Origin: Candidatus Woesebacteria bacterium GW2011_GWA1_39_21
Lineage (GTDB): Bacteria > Patescibacteriota > Microgenomatia > UBA8517
Assembly: GCA_000993685.1 (NCBI GenBank)
Contig: LBWP01000001.1
Span: forward strand, 9,739-73,738
Length of the DNA: 64,000 bases
Direction of reading: 5' to 3'
Shown here piece by piece: positions 40,817 through 49,544 of this stretch. A model generated the notes under the pieces. That model did no database searches. It saw only the letters and a list, made by a program, of their open reading frames with translations, and was not told where the DNA came from. The stretch's first letter is position 1. Every line of letters begins with the position of its first letter. The translations under genes were made by a program, and so were the position numbers.

Positions 40817-41954
40817 TTATACCAGACTCGAATATGGAGGCGGTGTTGCAAAATACTATATCGAGACGGCCTCAGGTTTAGCGAAAAGATATAAGAATTT
40901 GAAGATCGATATTATTAGTTTTGAAAAAAAGACGTTAAGAAAATTTCTTTTATTATATTTTTTATATTTTTTCGGGAAGCAGGATATGGACCAAAAAGAT
41001 AAGGAAAATATTATTTCGATCAAGAAAAAATTGGGCTTCGCCGGTTACTATCAATACAATTTTAAAAGTTTACTTAAAAAACTTAAAGGTTACGATTTGA
41101 TTTATACGACTAACAATTTATTGGAGGTTATGCTATTTAAATATTTGATTGGTTACCGACATATACCGCCTATTGTTTATGGATTCCACATCCCCATGTA
41201 TTATGAGTTTACCAGTTCACTGCAATCGAAAATTCATAATTTACTATATCGATCGCCATTATATATTAAGGCTCTGAAGGGAGCTAAAGTACTTCATGTG
41301 ATGAATACCTTTGATGAAGATATTATTAAAGATAAGTTTAATATTCATAATGTCAAAAAGATCTATTATGCGTTTAATTTTGATCAATTCGCAAAAGTTG
41401 TCTTTGAATATAAACCTCCTTACAAATGGAATAAACTCCGAACAAATATTTTATGGACAGGAAGGTTGACCGAACAGAAAGGCATAGATAAACTTTTTGA
41501 GATAATCGAAGGTGTTAATGCCGGAAAATGCGGTAAAAAAATTATATGGAATATATTTGGCGACGGTGAGCTTAAAGACAGGGTTCGCGCATTTTCATTG
41601 AAGCATAAAAATGTCAGTTTTTTTGGATACGTGGAAAATCGTTTTATGGCAGACATTATGAACAAATGCGATTTTTTTATTTCAACAAGCAATTGGGAAA
41701 GCTTCCCGTATAATATCTTAGAAGCACAGGCTTTCGGACTCCCTGTTGTTTGTTTTGATATCAGTGGTTGCAATGATATTGTTAAGGATGGGGTAAATGG
41801 ATATCTGGTAACCGACACCGCCGAATTTAAAAAACGGATTAACGATATTGTTATAAAAAATAAGTTTAAAAAAGAGAAGATACGAAATTATATTGTTTCG
41901 CGATTTAATTTCGAGGATTTGTTTTCGAAAATGTATCGATTATTCACAGAATGA
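40797..41954 (+). CDS. Glycosyltransferase family 4 (GT-B, retaining)
   Basis: A C-terminal GT1/GT4 domain is present (GRLTEQKGIDKLFE). The E-x7-E region is FPYNILEAQAFGLPVVCFDISG. Confidence 0.85.
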   Translation: MKIAFFTYTRLEYGGGVAKYYIETASGLAKRYKNLKIDIISFEKKTLRKFLLLYFLYFFGKQDMDQKDKENIISIKKKLGFAGYYQYNFKSLLKKLKGYDLIYTTNNLLEVMLFKYLIGYRHIPPIVYGFHIPMYYEFTSSLQSKIHNLLYRSPLYIKALKGAKVLHVMNTFDEDIIKDKFNIHNVKKIYYAFNFDQFAKVVFEYKPPYKWNKLRTNILWTGRLTEQKGIDKLFEIIEGVNAGKCGKKIIWNIFGDGELKDRVRAFSLKHKNVSFFGYVENRFMADIMNKCDFFISTSNWESFPYNILEAQAFGLPVVCFDISGCNDIVKDGVNGYLVTDTAEFKKRINDIVIKNKFKKEKIRNYIVSRFNFEDLFSKMYRLFTE

Positions 41955-42457
41955 AAAAATATAATTTAGGTTGCGGTAAAAAGTATATCAAAGGTTACAT
42001 CAACGTAGATGTAACACGGTCTGTTAAGGCAGACCTCTATTTCAATTTAAATAAATTCCCTTACCCAATTAAAAAGAAATCGGCTGACGAGGTTTTGATG
42101 GATAACGTTCTTGAACACTTGGATGATGTAGTATTGGTTATGGAAGAAATATATCGGATTCTAAAGCCAGGTGGTATTGTTAAAATTTATTTGCCTTATG
42201 CGAAGTCGGACGGTGCTTTGCAGGACCCTACACATAAACATCTGTTTACAGAAAAAAGCATGGATTATTTTAGACAAGATGATAAATATAATTATTATAC
42301 AAATGCAAAATTTCGTATATTGGTGAGTAAACCTTTTAACGCAAATAAAACACTCTTAAGTAAAATGCGAGTCTTTATCCCATTCAAACCTGTTCTCAAA
42401 TATTTCTTATTAAATATTTACGATGGTTTATATTTCGAAATGAAAGCGGTTAAGTAA
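41951..42457 (+). CDS. Class I SAM-dependent methyltransferase (Methyltransf_11-like)
   Basis: KKYNLGCGKKYIKGYINVDV...LEHLDD...ILKPGGIV. Confidence 0.75.
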   Translation: MKKYNLGCGKKYIKGYINVDVTRSVKADLYFNLNKFPYPIKKKSADEVLMDNVLEHLDDVVLVMEEIYRILKPGGIVKIYLPYAKSDGALQDPTHKHLFTEKSMDYFRQDDKYNYYTNAKFRILVSKPFNANKTLLSKMRVFIPFKPVLKYFLLNIYDGLYFEMKAVK

Positions 42458-43367
42458 TTGTCGATTTTGGGTTTTTTGAAGAGGTAACAATCTTCCACAC
42501 ACTATGGTCACGAAGTTTGTAAGTTACATCAAGATAACCAAAAATTCTCGCAATAATTTCCAGAATAACAGTAAATGCAGAAAAGATAAGTTCTTTGGCG
42601 TTGAAATTTAGTGTTGATAAAAATACGGGTAATATTAAAAAGTTAGAGAAAGTTATCACCTCATAGCCGTAATGGAGTTTTGTTTCATAATGCCCGGCAA
42701 AGATTCTTCGCCTTTGGCTTAAGAGTTCCCTGATCGTTTTCGGACCGCTATTGTAAACAATGGCTTTCTCTTCATAAATAACTTTATAATCCTGGAGTTT
42801 GATTAACGGCTCAATACTTGCTTCGTCAACGGCGGTATTTGGGGGAATCCGTTTGAAAACCTTTTTAAATGCTATCAACTCACCTACTTTTGGCCGTTCC
42901 GGAAATTTGAGATTAACAAGATGATGAAGTTTCCACTTTAGTTGGTTTGCGAAACCGCAAAATGTGTCCGGATTATCTGTTGGAATCACTTTGCCGCCGA
43001 CCATTCCGACACTTTTGTTCTTTAATTTATTCAAGAGTAGGAAATAGCATTTTTTATCTAATATCGTGTCAGCGCTTTGGAGTATCAGATATTTAGATTT
43101 TGCATATTTGATGAACAAGTTGACTGCCTTGGCTTTTCCTTCTCTGTTTACCTGAATAATCAGTCTGATTTTTTTATTTTTCTTTTTAAGCTTCTTGATA
43201 ATACTTACGGTATTATCCGTGCACCCCGACGCAATAATTAAAATCTCTCTAATCGAAAATTCGCTACCCAGCTCTTGTTTAGTAATTGATTTTATTAAAT
43301 TAGTAATATTTTCTTCTTCATTATAGGCGCAAATACCGATACTGAAATGAATTTTTACTTTTTCCAT
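42450..43367 (-). CDS. Glycosyltransferase family 2 (GT-A)
   Basis: FSIGICAYNEEENI...ASGCTDNT plus a DxD-like QSADTILD. Confidence 0.85.
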   Translation of the reverse strand: MEKVKIHFSIGICAYNEEENITNLIKSITKQELGSEFSIREILIIASGCTDNTVSIIKKLKKKNKKIRLIIQVNREGKAKAVNLFIKYAKSKYLILQSADTILDKKCYFLLLNKLKNKSVGMVGGKVIPTDNPDTFCGFANQLKWKLHHLVNLKFPERPKVGELIAFKKVFKRIPPNTAVDEASIEPLIKLQDYKVIYEEKAIVYNSGPKTIRELLSQRRRIFAGHYETKLHYGYEVITFSNFLILPVFLSTLNFNAKELIFSAFTVILEIIARIFGYLDVTYKLRDHSVWKIVTSSKNPKSTIT

Positions 43368-43470
43368 AAAATTAAAACAATTCTAACATATAAATTTCGT
43401 GTATTGAGTTTTGAAAAAAATGTGTGTCATAATGAACATGTAGTCTTTTCTTTTGTAAGGGGGTGAAAGA

Positions 43471-44100
43471 ATGAATAAACGTTATATTAAAGGACCAGAG
43501 GCGGGCGGATTTACGCTAATAGAGCTTCTTATTGTCATGGCGATCCTCGGTGTTTTAGCGGTTGTTGTCCTTGTTGCAATCAATCCGGTTCAACAACTTG
43601 CAAGAACTCGTGATGCAGGAAGAAAATCCGGTGTTTCTCAAGTTGGACGTGCTTTAGAAGCATTTTATACTTCCCATGGGGGAAAATATTTGTATGGAAG
43701 GACAGCTGGTTCAAATCCTGGTACCAACTGTAACACAGACGGTAACCAAGTTTTTTCTGATGCTGACGACTGGCTAACATGTTTAGTAAATACAGGAGAA
43801 ATTTCAACAGAACCAGGATTGATTAATTACTCTGTAGCTGGAACTGGTGTATGTACAATAGGGGCTCAATATTCATCGGAACAAAATGGTCTATGTTATA
43901 CGGTTAGTTCAGCTGACGATGAAGCTGTTGTTTATGCCAGGCTCGAATCTGACTCCGAACGAAGTAAATGTCCAGACTCAGGTGGGCCTTTCCAACCATT
44001 TTTTGTTTGGTCGACACGTGATGGTAGAGGTGGGTTGGTTTGCATAGCAGGCATCAATGTTCCAGCCCCAGGTGCACAAAATTGGAACCCGCAACAATAA
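43471..44100 (+). CDS. Type IV pilin, paralog 2
   Basis: MNKRYIKGPEAGG|FTLIELLIVMAILGVLAVVVLVAINPVQQLARTRDAGRK. It has a 50-nt stretch of perfect DNA identity with paralog 1 (GGTGTTTTAGCGGTTGTTGTCCTTGTTGCAATCAATCCGGTTCAACAACT). The central region has diverged. Confidence 0.88.
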   Translation: MNKRYIKGPEAGGFTLIELLIVMAILGVLAVVVLVAINPVQQLARTRDAGRKSGVSQVGRALEAFYTSHGGKYLYGRTAGSNPGTNCNTDGNQVFSDADDWLTCLVNTGEISTEPGLINYSVAGTGVCTIGAQYSSEQNGLCYTVSSADDEAVVYARLESDSERSKCPDSGGPFQPFFVWSTRDGRGGLVCIAGINVPAPGAQNWNPQQ

Positions 44101-44102
44101 AA

Positions 44103-44633
44103 ATGCGCGATAACAAGAGAGGTTTTACTCTGATCGAGCTATTGATAGTCATCGCGATATTGGGAATACTTGCGGTGATTATATTAGTAGTCATGAATCC
44201 CGGCGAAAGACAGGCCCAAGCCCGGGATACGGGTAGGATTTCCTCAGTTACACAAATTGGAAGGGCGCTGCAAGCGTACTATACGACAGAATCGTCTTTC
44301 CCCGACGTTGCAAATTGGGCGAATGATTTGGTGACGTCGGGTGAATTATCAACGTTTCCGGCAGGGGTAGCCTACACTTATAATTCAGTTACTGCCTGTG
44401 AGAGTTATCTCCAGCCTCTGACCGATGGTACGTATTGTTATGATGAAGATCAAGCGAATAATAATGGGGCTTTAATCTTTGCAAAGGCGGAATCAACGAC
44501 TTATCGTAGCAAATGCACATCTCCAGAAGAAGCATATTTTGTTTACTCAACCGAGGATTCTCGAGGCGGGACGATTTGTAGTCTTGGTGACCCGGTGCCC
44601 TGGGCAGGCGGAAGCATGAGCTATCAGAATTGA
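44103..44633 (+). CDS. Type IV pilin, paralog 3
   Basis: MRDNKRG|FTLIELLIVIAILGILAVIILVV. The start is taken at the internal Met of the 44040 ORF, 2 nt after the paralog 2 stop. Confidence 0.8.
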   Translation: MRDNKRGFTLIELLIVIAILGILAVIILVVMNPGERQAQARDTGRISSVTQIGRALQAYYTTESSFPDVANWANDLVTSGELSTFPAGVAYTYNSVTACESYLQPLTDGTYCYDEDQANNNGALIFAKAESTTYRSKCTSPEEAYFVYSTEDSRGGTICSLGDPVPWAGGSMSYQN

Positions 44634-44697
44634 TATAGTCCTTCTGAATTATTGCAGGTTGTTCACAAGCAGCGAACGACTTGTGTATACTTAATTA

Positions 44698-45513
44698 ATG
44701 TCTGAAATCTTTCTGATAGTCTCCCTTGCTCTTTTTGGATTAGTTTTCGGCTCTTTTATCACAGCTCTATCTTATCGCAGTATACGCGGTGTAAGTATTT
44801 TTAAAGGAAGATCTCTCTGCCCTCTATGTAAAAAGAAAATTTCTTGGAGTGACAATATTCCAATCATTTCCTATTTGTCACTGAATGGTAAGTCGCGTTG
44901 TTGTGGAAAACCAATCTCTTGGCGCTACCCTTTGATCGAATTTTTTACAATGTTGACTTTTTTGTTAATCGGCCTCGTCTATACAAATTGCAGCACTGTA
45001 ACTCCGCCGTTATGCGTACTTAACAACACCTTTTCTTTTTTAGTTCTCCCCTATCTACTTCTGATTTCGCTTTTTTTAATTACCGTTTTTATAACTGACT
45101 TTGAGCACAAGATTATCCTTGACGAATTTATATTTATTCCTTACGGGCTCACACTACTGTTGTTGATTTTTTTTAACCCGGAGTTTTCGTACACTAATAT
45201 TTTCTTATCGTTTACTTGCGCAGCATTTCTTCTTTTGGTCCATTTAATTACTCGTGGAAAAGGGATGGGTCTTGGTGATGTCAAACTTGCACTTCTGCCG
45301 CCATTGATTCTCGGTTGGCCATTTACTTTGCCATGGCTATTTTTGTCTTTTATCATCGGCGCTTTGGTAGGTGTAATTTTGATGCTTATGAAAAAGGCAA
45401 AATTTGGAAAACAAATTCCATTCGGGCCGTTTTTGATTTTAGCCTTCTTTTTAGTATTATTCTGGGGTGATAAATTGATGTTTTTATTTGGTTTTTTGAC
45501 ACTCTCACCGTGA
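44698..45513 (+). CDS. pilD: Prepilin peptidase PilD (A24 family)
   Basis: An N-terminal tetracysteine (CPLCKKK...CCGKPISWRYPLIE) and a polytopic C-terminal A24 domain are present. Confidence 0.9.
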   Translation: MSEIFLIVSLALFGLVFGSFITALSYRSIRGVSIFKGRSLCPLCKKKISWSDNIPIISYLSLNGKSRCCGKPISWRYPLIEFFTMLTFLLIGLVYTNCSTVTPPLCVLNNTFSFLVLPYLLLISLFLITVFITDFEHKIILDEFIFIPYGLTLLLLIFFNPEFSYTNIFLSFTCAAFLLLVHLITRGKGMGLGDVKLALLPPLILGWPFTLPWLFLSFIIGALVGVILMLMKKAKFGKQIPFGPFLILAFFLVLFWGDKLMFLFGFLTLSP

Positions 45514-46133
45514 CTTATTTTATGAAGTTTTTTACGAAAAACGAAATCATTGGTGTTCTGGTAATTCTTTTACTGATCCTTGTTTTGACTGGATTTAACT
45601 TACGGATTTCTCTGCGTCGTTCGCGAGATGCGCAGCGGCGTGCTGATGTCAACGATATTGTGAATGCTTTGGATAAGTACCAAAAAGATTTTGGCTTTTT
45701 TCCACCTTCTTCGGATGACGGAAAGATTATTGCGTGCAAAGGTGCGAATTTTGGAACTATTCCGTCTGATATTAAGGACGAGAATAGGCGGGGATATTTT
45801 ATCAATATGCTTAGAGGCTGTGATTGGGGTGACGATTCGCTACGTGATGTTGGGGACGATACATATCAAGCCTATCTTAATCGAATTCCAAGGGATCCGA
45901 AAGCGGATGAAGGGTTGGCGTATTTTTACATTTCCGATATGAATACTTTTCAGCTGTATGCCTACCTAGAAGGTGGTAAAACGGAGGAAGGTTTCAGACG
46001 AGGAATTATTGAGCGGAATTTGCAGTGTGGCAACCGGGTTTGCAATTTTGGCAAGGCGTACGGTGAGACGCCGCTTGAAATATCTCTGCAAGAGTATGAG
46101 AATGAAGTCAGCAAAGGGAATGCACAAAAATAA
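45510..46133 (+). CDS. Pilin-like protein with non-canonical processing site (MKFF|TKNE...)
   Basis: A hydrophobic N-terminal helix is followed by the pilin alpha1-C pattern SRDAQRRADVNDIVNALDKY. Glu is at +5 only if cleavage follows Phe. Confidence 0.45.
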   Translation: MTYFMKFFTKNEIIGVLVILLLILVLTGFNLRISLRRSRDAQRRADVNDIVNALDKYQKDFGFFPPSSDDGKIIACKGANFGTIPSDIKDENRRGYFINMLRGCDWGDDSLRDVGDDTYQAYLNRIPRDPKADEGLAYFYISDMNTFQLYAYLEGGKTEEGFRRGIIERNLQCGNRVCNFGKAYGETPLEISLQEYENEVSKGNAQK

Positions 46134-46288
46134 ACAACTCATGCCTCTTAGGCATGAGTTTTCTCGCCTAACAGGTTCAAAGAGTCCTTCGACTGTACTC
46201 AGGATGATTGACATGGCGAACCATTTGTTCACCGCTTCGCTTCAGCACAGGGCTAAAAGCCCTGAGTTATCGCGAAGTTTGAATAAAC

Positions 46289-46369
46289 TACCACGGGCTA
46301 AAGCCCATGGTATTTTGTCGACAAGATTGGATTCTTGCTTCACCCACGGACTTAAGTCCGTGGGTTTCG
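46289..46369. repeat. REP-like two-hairpin repeat, copy 2 (inverted relative to copy 1)
   Basis: It is the reverse complement of 7945..8028, about 95% identical. It overlaps the likely GTG start (46360) of the next pilin-like gene. Confidence 0.8.
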
Positions 46370-46827
46370 AAGAGGAATTCAATAAATCAAAAAGATCTTT
46401 TACACTTATTGAGCTATTGCTTACAATGGTTATTTTGGGTGGCATTGCTTCGATTGTTATCATCAAATACCCATCGTCACTACAAAAGACGCGCGATGTC
46501 CAAAGAATGAATGATTTAAAAACCTATCAGACAGCACTTGAAGTATGGGCTGGAAAAAATAGCGGGATTTATCCTACAACTGCTCCTTCTACACCAATAA
46601 ATGTTACAACGCTTTGTTCTCAACTTGATATTTCATCAACTTCATGCCCGAGCGATCCCAAGGGTTGGATTTATTCGTATGAAACAGATTCTGCAGGAAT
46701 AAAGTATACAATTTCATCTCAGATGGAGAAAGAGGCGTCCAACTATGTTGTTTGTTCAAGTGGAAAATCGGGGAACACAACGTCTGCCCCCTCAGATGGA
46801 ACTTGCCCGACATTTGTTGTGGATTGA
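46360..46827 (+). CDS. Pilin-like protein (class III signal KRS|FTLIELL, Ser at -1)
   Basis: SFTLIELLLTMVILGGIASIVII followed by TRDVQRMNDLKTYQTALEVW. No in-frame ATG is close, so the start is assigned to the in-frame GTG inside the repeat. The long ORF 45973..46827 is read-through. Confidence 0.6.
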   Translation: MGFEEEFNKSKRSFTLIELLLTMVILGGIASIVIIKYPSSLQKTRDVQRMNDLKTYQTALEVWAGKNSGIYPTTAPSTPINVTTLCSQLDISSTSCPSDPKGWIYSYETDSAGIKYTISSQMEKEASNYVVCSSGKSGNTTSAPSDGTCPTFVVD

Positions 46828-46976
46828 TGCAGGGGCAACGGGGGGAATATGTTGGTAACAGAATGGATACTTGTTTTCCTTGAAGTGGAACTTGTGATAC
46901 TGCGATGGTTGCGGGGGGCATTTGATTGCCCTCCACAAATAAAATTTACATATTGCAGATGTAGTAAATAATAATT

Positions 46977-47516
46977 ATGCAGCTTTCTGTATTTAAAAAA
47001 TATATAAAAATTACCCGTGGTTTTTCCATGATCGAACTTTTAGTAGTGATGTCAATAATTGGACTTATGGCAACATTTGGTGTTATGACATACCCCGGTG
47101 TGCAAAAAAATTCCCGTGACACAAAAAGAAGGTCGGATTTAAAACAGTACCAGACTTCACTAGAGTCGTTTGCAAACAGCAAGGGTGGCTTTTATCCTTC
47201 AAGAACCTCTCAAACTTATGCTTCGGATATGTCAGGCAATGCAGGAGACCCAGATTTATGCACGGACATGGGTCTTTCCCAGTGTCCGGTTGACCCCAAA
47301 AAAAGTTACACAATCTGTGCCGGAGCAGGTGTTTGCGAATATTATTATTGGTCTAACGGAACAAATACTACACCTACGGCCACAAGCTATGTTTTGTATT
47401 CACGTTTGGAGAATAAGGTTAATGATAATTATGTTTTTTTTGTGATATGCGGTAGTGGCGTATCGGGCACGGTTGTATCTAGTAGCTGGACCCCAAGCGC
47501 GACGTGTCCTTTGTAA
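46977..47516 (+). CDS. Pilin-like protein (G|FSMIELLVV)
   Basis: It carries the prepilin N-terminal methylation motif and SRDTKRRSDLKQYQTSLESF. Confidence 0.8.
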   Translation: MQLSVFKKYIKITRGFSMIELLVVMSIIGLMATFGVMTYPGVQKNSRDTKRRSDLKQYQTSLESFANSKGGFYPSRTSQTYASDMSGNAGDPDLCTDMGLSQCPVDPKKSYTICAGAGVCEYYYWSNGTNTTPTATSYVLYSRLENKVNDNYVFFVICGSGVSGTVVSSSWTPSATCPL

Positions 47517-47545
47517 ATTTGATTTTAATAATCTATATTTAATAT

Positions 47546-48007
47546 ATGAACGCTCGAGTTATTAAAAATGGATTTACTTTGATAGAACTATTAGTAGTAG
47601 TGTCGATTATGGTAATTTTAATTGGTCTTTCGGCTTTTGGTCTGCAACAAGCCCGTGAGAGTGCGCGTGATGGACAGCGCAAAGCCAATCTTGAAACAAT
47701 CAGAACCGGACTTTCGTTTTATAAAGCCGATTGCAATGTTTATCCAACACCAAACGCCTCAACCACAACAAAACTGGGTACAAGTTTGATTGGAAACGCA
47801 ACTATCTGTGGCGGATCTGCCAACACATATATTCAAAAAATGCCAACAGATCCCGTTTCCGGCAGAAATTATTATTATTCGCAGAGTGGTTCAACGTATA
47901 AGATTTGCGCCGGACTTGAAGGAGAAACGTCAGCAGACGCAAACTGCGCATTTCCGATAAGTTGCGGTTCTGGAGTTACTTGCAGTTACTCGGTTGCCAA
48001 TCCTTAG
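47546..48007 (+). CDS. Pilin-like protein (G|FTLIELLVVV)
   Basis: MNARVIKNGFTLIELLVV followed by ARESARDGQRKANLETIRTGLSFY. Confidence 0.8.
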   Translation: MNARVIKNGFTLIELLVVVSIMVILIGLSAFGLQQARESARDGQRKANLETIRTGLSFYKADCNVYPTPNASTTTKLGTSLIGNATICGGSANTYIQKMPTDPVSGRNYYYSQSGSTYKICAGLEGETSADANCAFPISCGSGVTCSYSVANP

Positions 48008-48011
48008 ATGA

Positions 48012-48530
48012 ATGAAAATACACCTGCCGAAAAAGCGAGCTTCTGGTTATACAATAATTGAACTTATTATTTCAATCTTCATTTTGATTTTGATTTTTAC
48101 GGTCGCGCAGACTAATTATCGTGGGTATATTTTGAATAAAAGTCTGGATGCCGCCAGAAGCCAGATGATTTCCGACATCAGGCTTGCACAGGAATATGCT
48201 TTAGCCGGAAGAAAATCATTAACTTGCAGTGGACTTAATGGTTACACCTTTACTCTAAATGCTGCAAGTAATGCTACAAGCTATTTAGTGAGGGCGAGCT
48301 GCGGAGGCAGTTTTGAAACTGTGAAAAGTGTCTCTTTATCAAAAATTGCCACGAATGTGACTGCAAATTACAGCGGAAGTACTGGCACGACTAACGGGAT
48401 TCTTTTTAAAATTCTTGGTCAGGGAAACGACATCTCAACCACAAATACAAATGTGGTAATTACGCTTAGTCAAGAAACGTCGGGCTATTCACGCGCGATA
48501 ACGATTTCGCAAGGTGGAGAAATAAAATGA
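48012..48530 (+). CDS. Minor pilin / pseudopilin-like protein (G|YTIIELI, FimT/GspH-like)
   Basis: A prepilin-type N-terminus with Glu at +5. Confidence 0.6.
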   Translation: MKIHLPKKRASGYTIIELIISIFILILIFTVAQTNYRGYILNKSLDAARSQMISDIRLAQEYALAGRKSLTCSGLNGYTFTLNAASNATSYLVRASCGGSFETVKSVSLSKIATNVTANYSGSTGTTNGILFKILGQGNDISTTNTNVVITLSQETSGYSRAITISQGGEIK

Positions 48531-48991
48531 AAATAAACTCTATATCTGGGAACATCAAGTATTTTGGACAATCGTTATTCGAGGTAATTTTGGCCTTAGC
48601 AGTTGCAACCATTATAATTATGGCAATTGTTTCGCTAACATCAAAAACTGTTTCGACTTCCACCTATTCGAGCAATAAAGCACAGGCGGGTAGGTACCTT
48701 AGCGAGGCGATGGAATATTTGCGAAAGGAAAAACAGTTTGGCACTTGGAACACTTTAAAAACGAATATTACAGCTGGTGGCGGTGTGTGGTGCATGACAA
48801 ACCTTTCTTTGACGAAGAATTATGCCTGTAACCCTGCAACTTCAGGTGATTTTATACCTGGGACGATTTTCCAAAGGACAGTTACCGCATCCGCGACCGT
48901 ATCGACAGTCAATGTCGAAATTACCGTTACGTGGGTTGATGAGCAGGGATCGCATGCGGTGAATACAATTAGTGCAATAAGTAACTGGTAA
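48527..48991 (+). CDS. Minor pilin-like protein (G|QSLFEVILA)
   Basis: A prepilin-type N-terminus with Glu at +5 and a hydrophobic helix. Confidence 0.55.
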   Translation: MKINSISGNIKYFGQSLFEVILALAVATIIIMAIVSLTSKTVSTSTYSSNKAQAGRYLSEAMEYLRKEKQFGTWNTLKTNITAGGGVWCMTNLSLTKNYACNPATSGDFIPGTIFQRTVTASATVSTVNVEITVTWVDEQGSHAVNTISAISNW

Positions 48992-48992
48992 T

Positions 48993-49538
48993 ATGATGAA
49001 AAAAGGTTATTCAGTTGTCGAAATTTTGGTCGTCGTCGGTGTCTTTGCGGTTATCGGTGTAATTGCAACACAAGCAATCTCGTTAAGTCTAAGGTCGACA
49101 AAGAAGGGCGACTCGATAGTTTTAGTTAAACAGGAATTAAATTTTGTGTCCGAAAATATTGAAAGATTACTGCAGACGGCAAACGCGATCGATGTCCCGG
49201 GCTGTATCGATGCAAGCGTTGCAACTCCCTCAGTAGGTTTTATGGGTGCCGGTGGAAATCGAGGTGACGTTGCGTGTCTTGACATGACGGCCGGTTTTTA
49301 TGTTGTCAATAATGATAAAAGAGTAGCGTCTTCTTCAGCTGCATCGATTTCGTATACAAAGCGGATGACTTCGAGCGGGATAAACATTACCAACTGTAGT
49401 TTTACATGTACCAACCAATCCAATCAAAATTATATCGAATTTTTAATCTCGGCTTCGGCGAAAGGAGTTGATGCGGCGGAAGGTGCGGCAGTTACAACCT
49501 CAAGAAAGATACTCGTGCGTTCTAACTATAAAAAATAA
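48993..49538 (+). CDS. Minor pilin-like protein (G|YSVVEILVVV)
   Basis: A prepilin-type N-terminus with Glu at +5. Confidence 0.6.
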   Translation: MMKKGYSVVEILVVVGVFAVIGVIATQAISLSLRSTKKGDSIVLVKQELNFVSENIERLLQTANAIDVPGCIDASVATPSVGFMGAGGNRGDVACLDMTAGFYVVNNDKRVASSSAASISYTKRMTSSGINITNCSFTCTNQSNQNYIEFLISASAKGVDAAEGAAVTTSRKILVRSNYKK

Positions 49539-49544
49539 TAACAA

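Noticed and set aside
45973-46359. N-terminal 129-codon extension of the pilin-like ORF 45973..46827
   Set aside because: The extension is read-through across the REP-like repeat and the end of the previous gene. It would give a 140-aa leader before the FTLIELL processing site. The in-frame GTG at 46360 is the plausible start.
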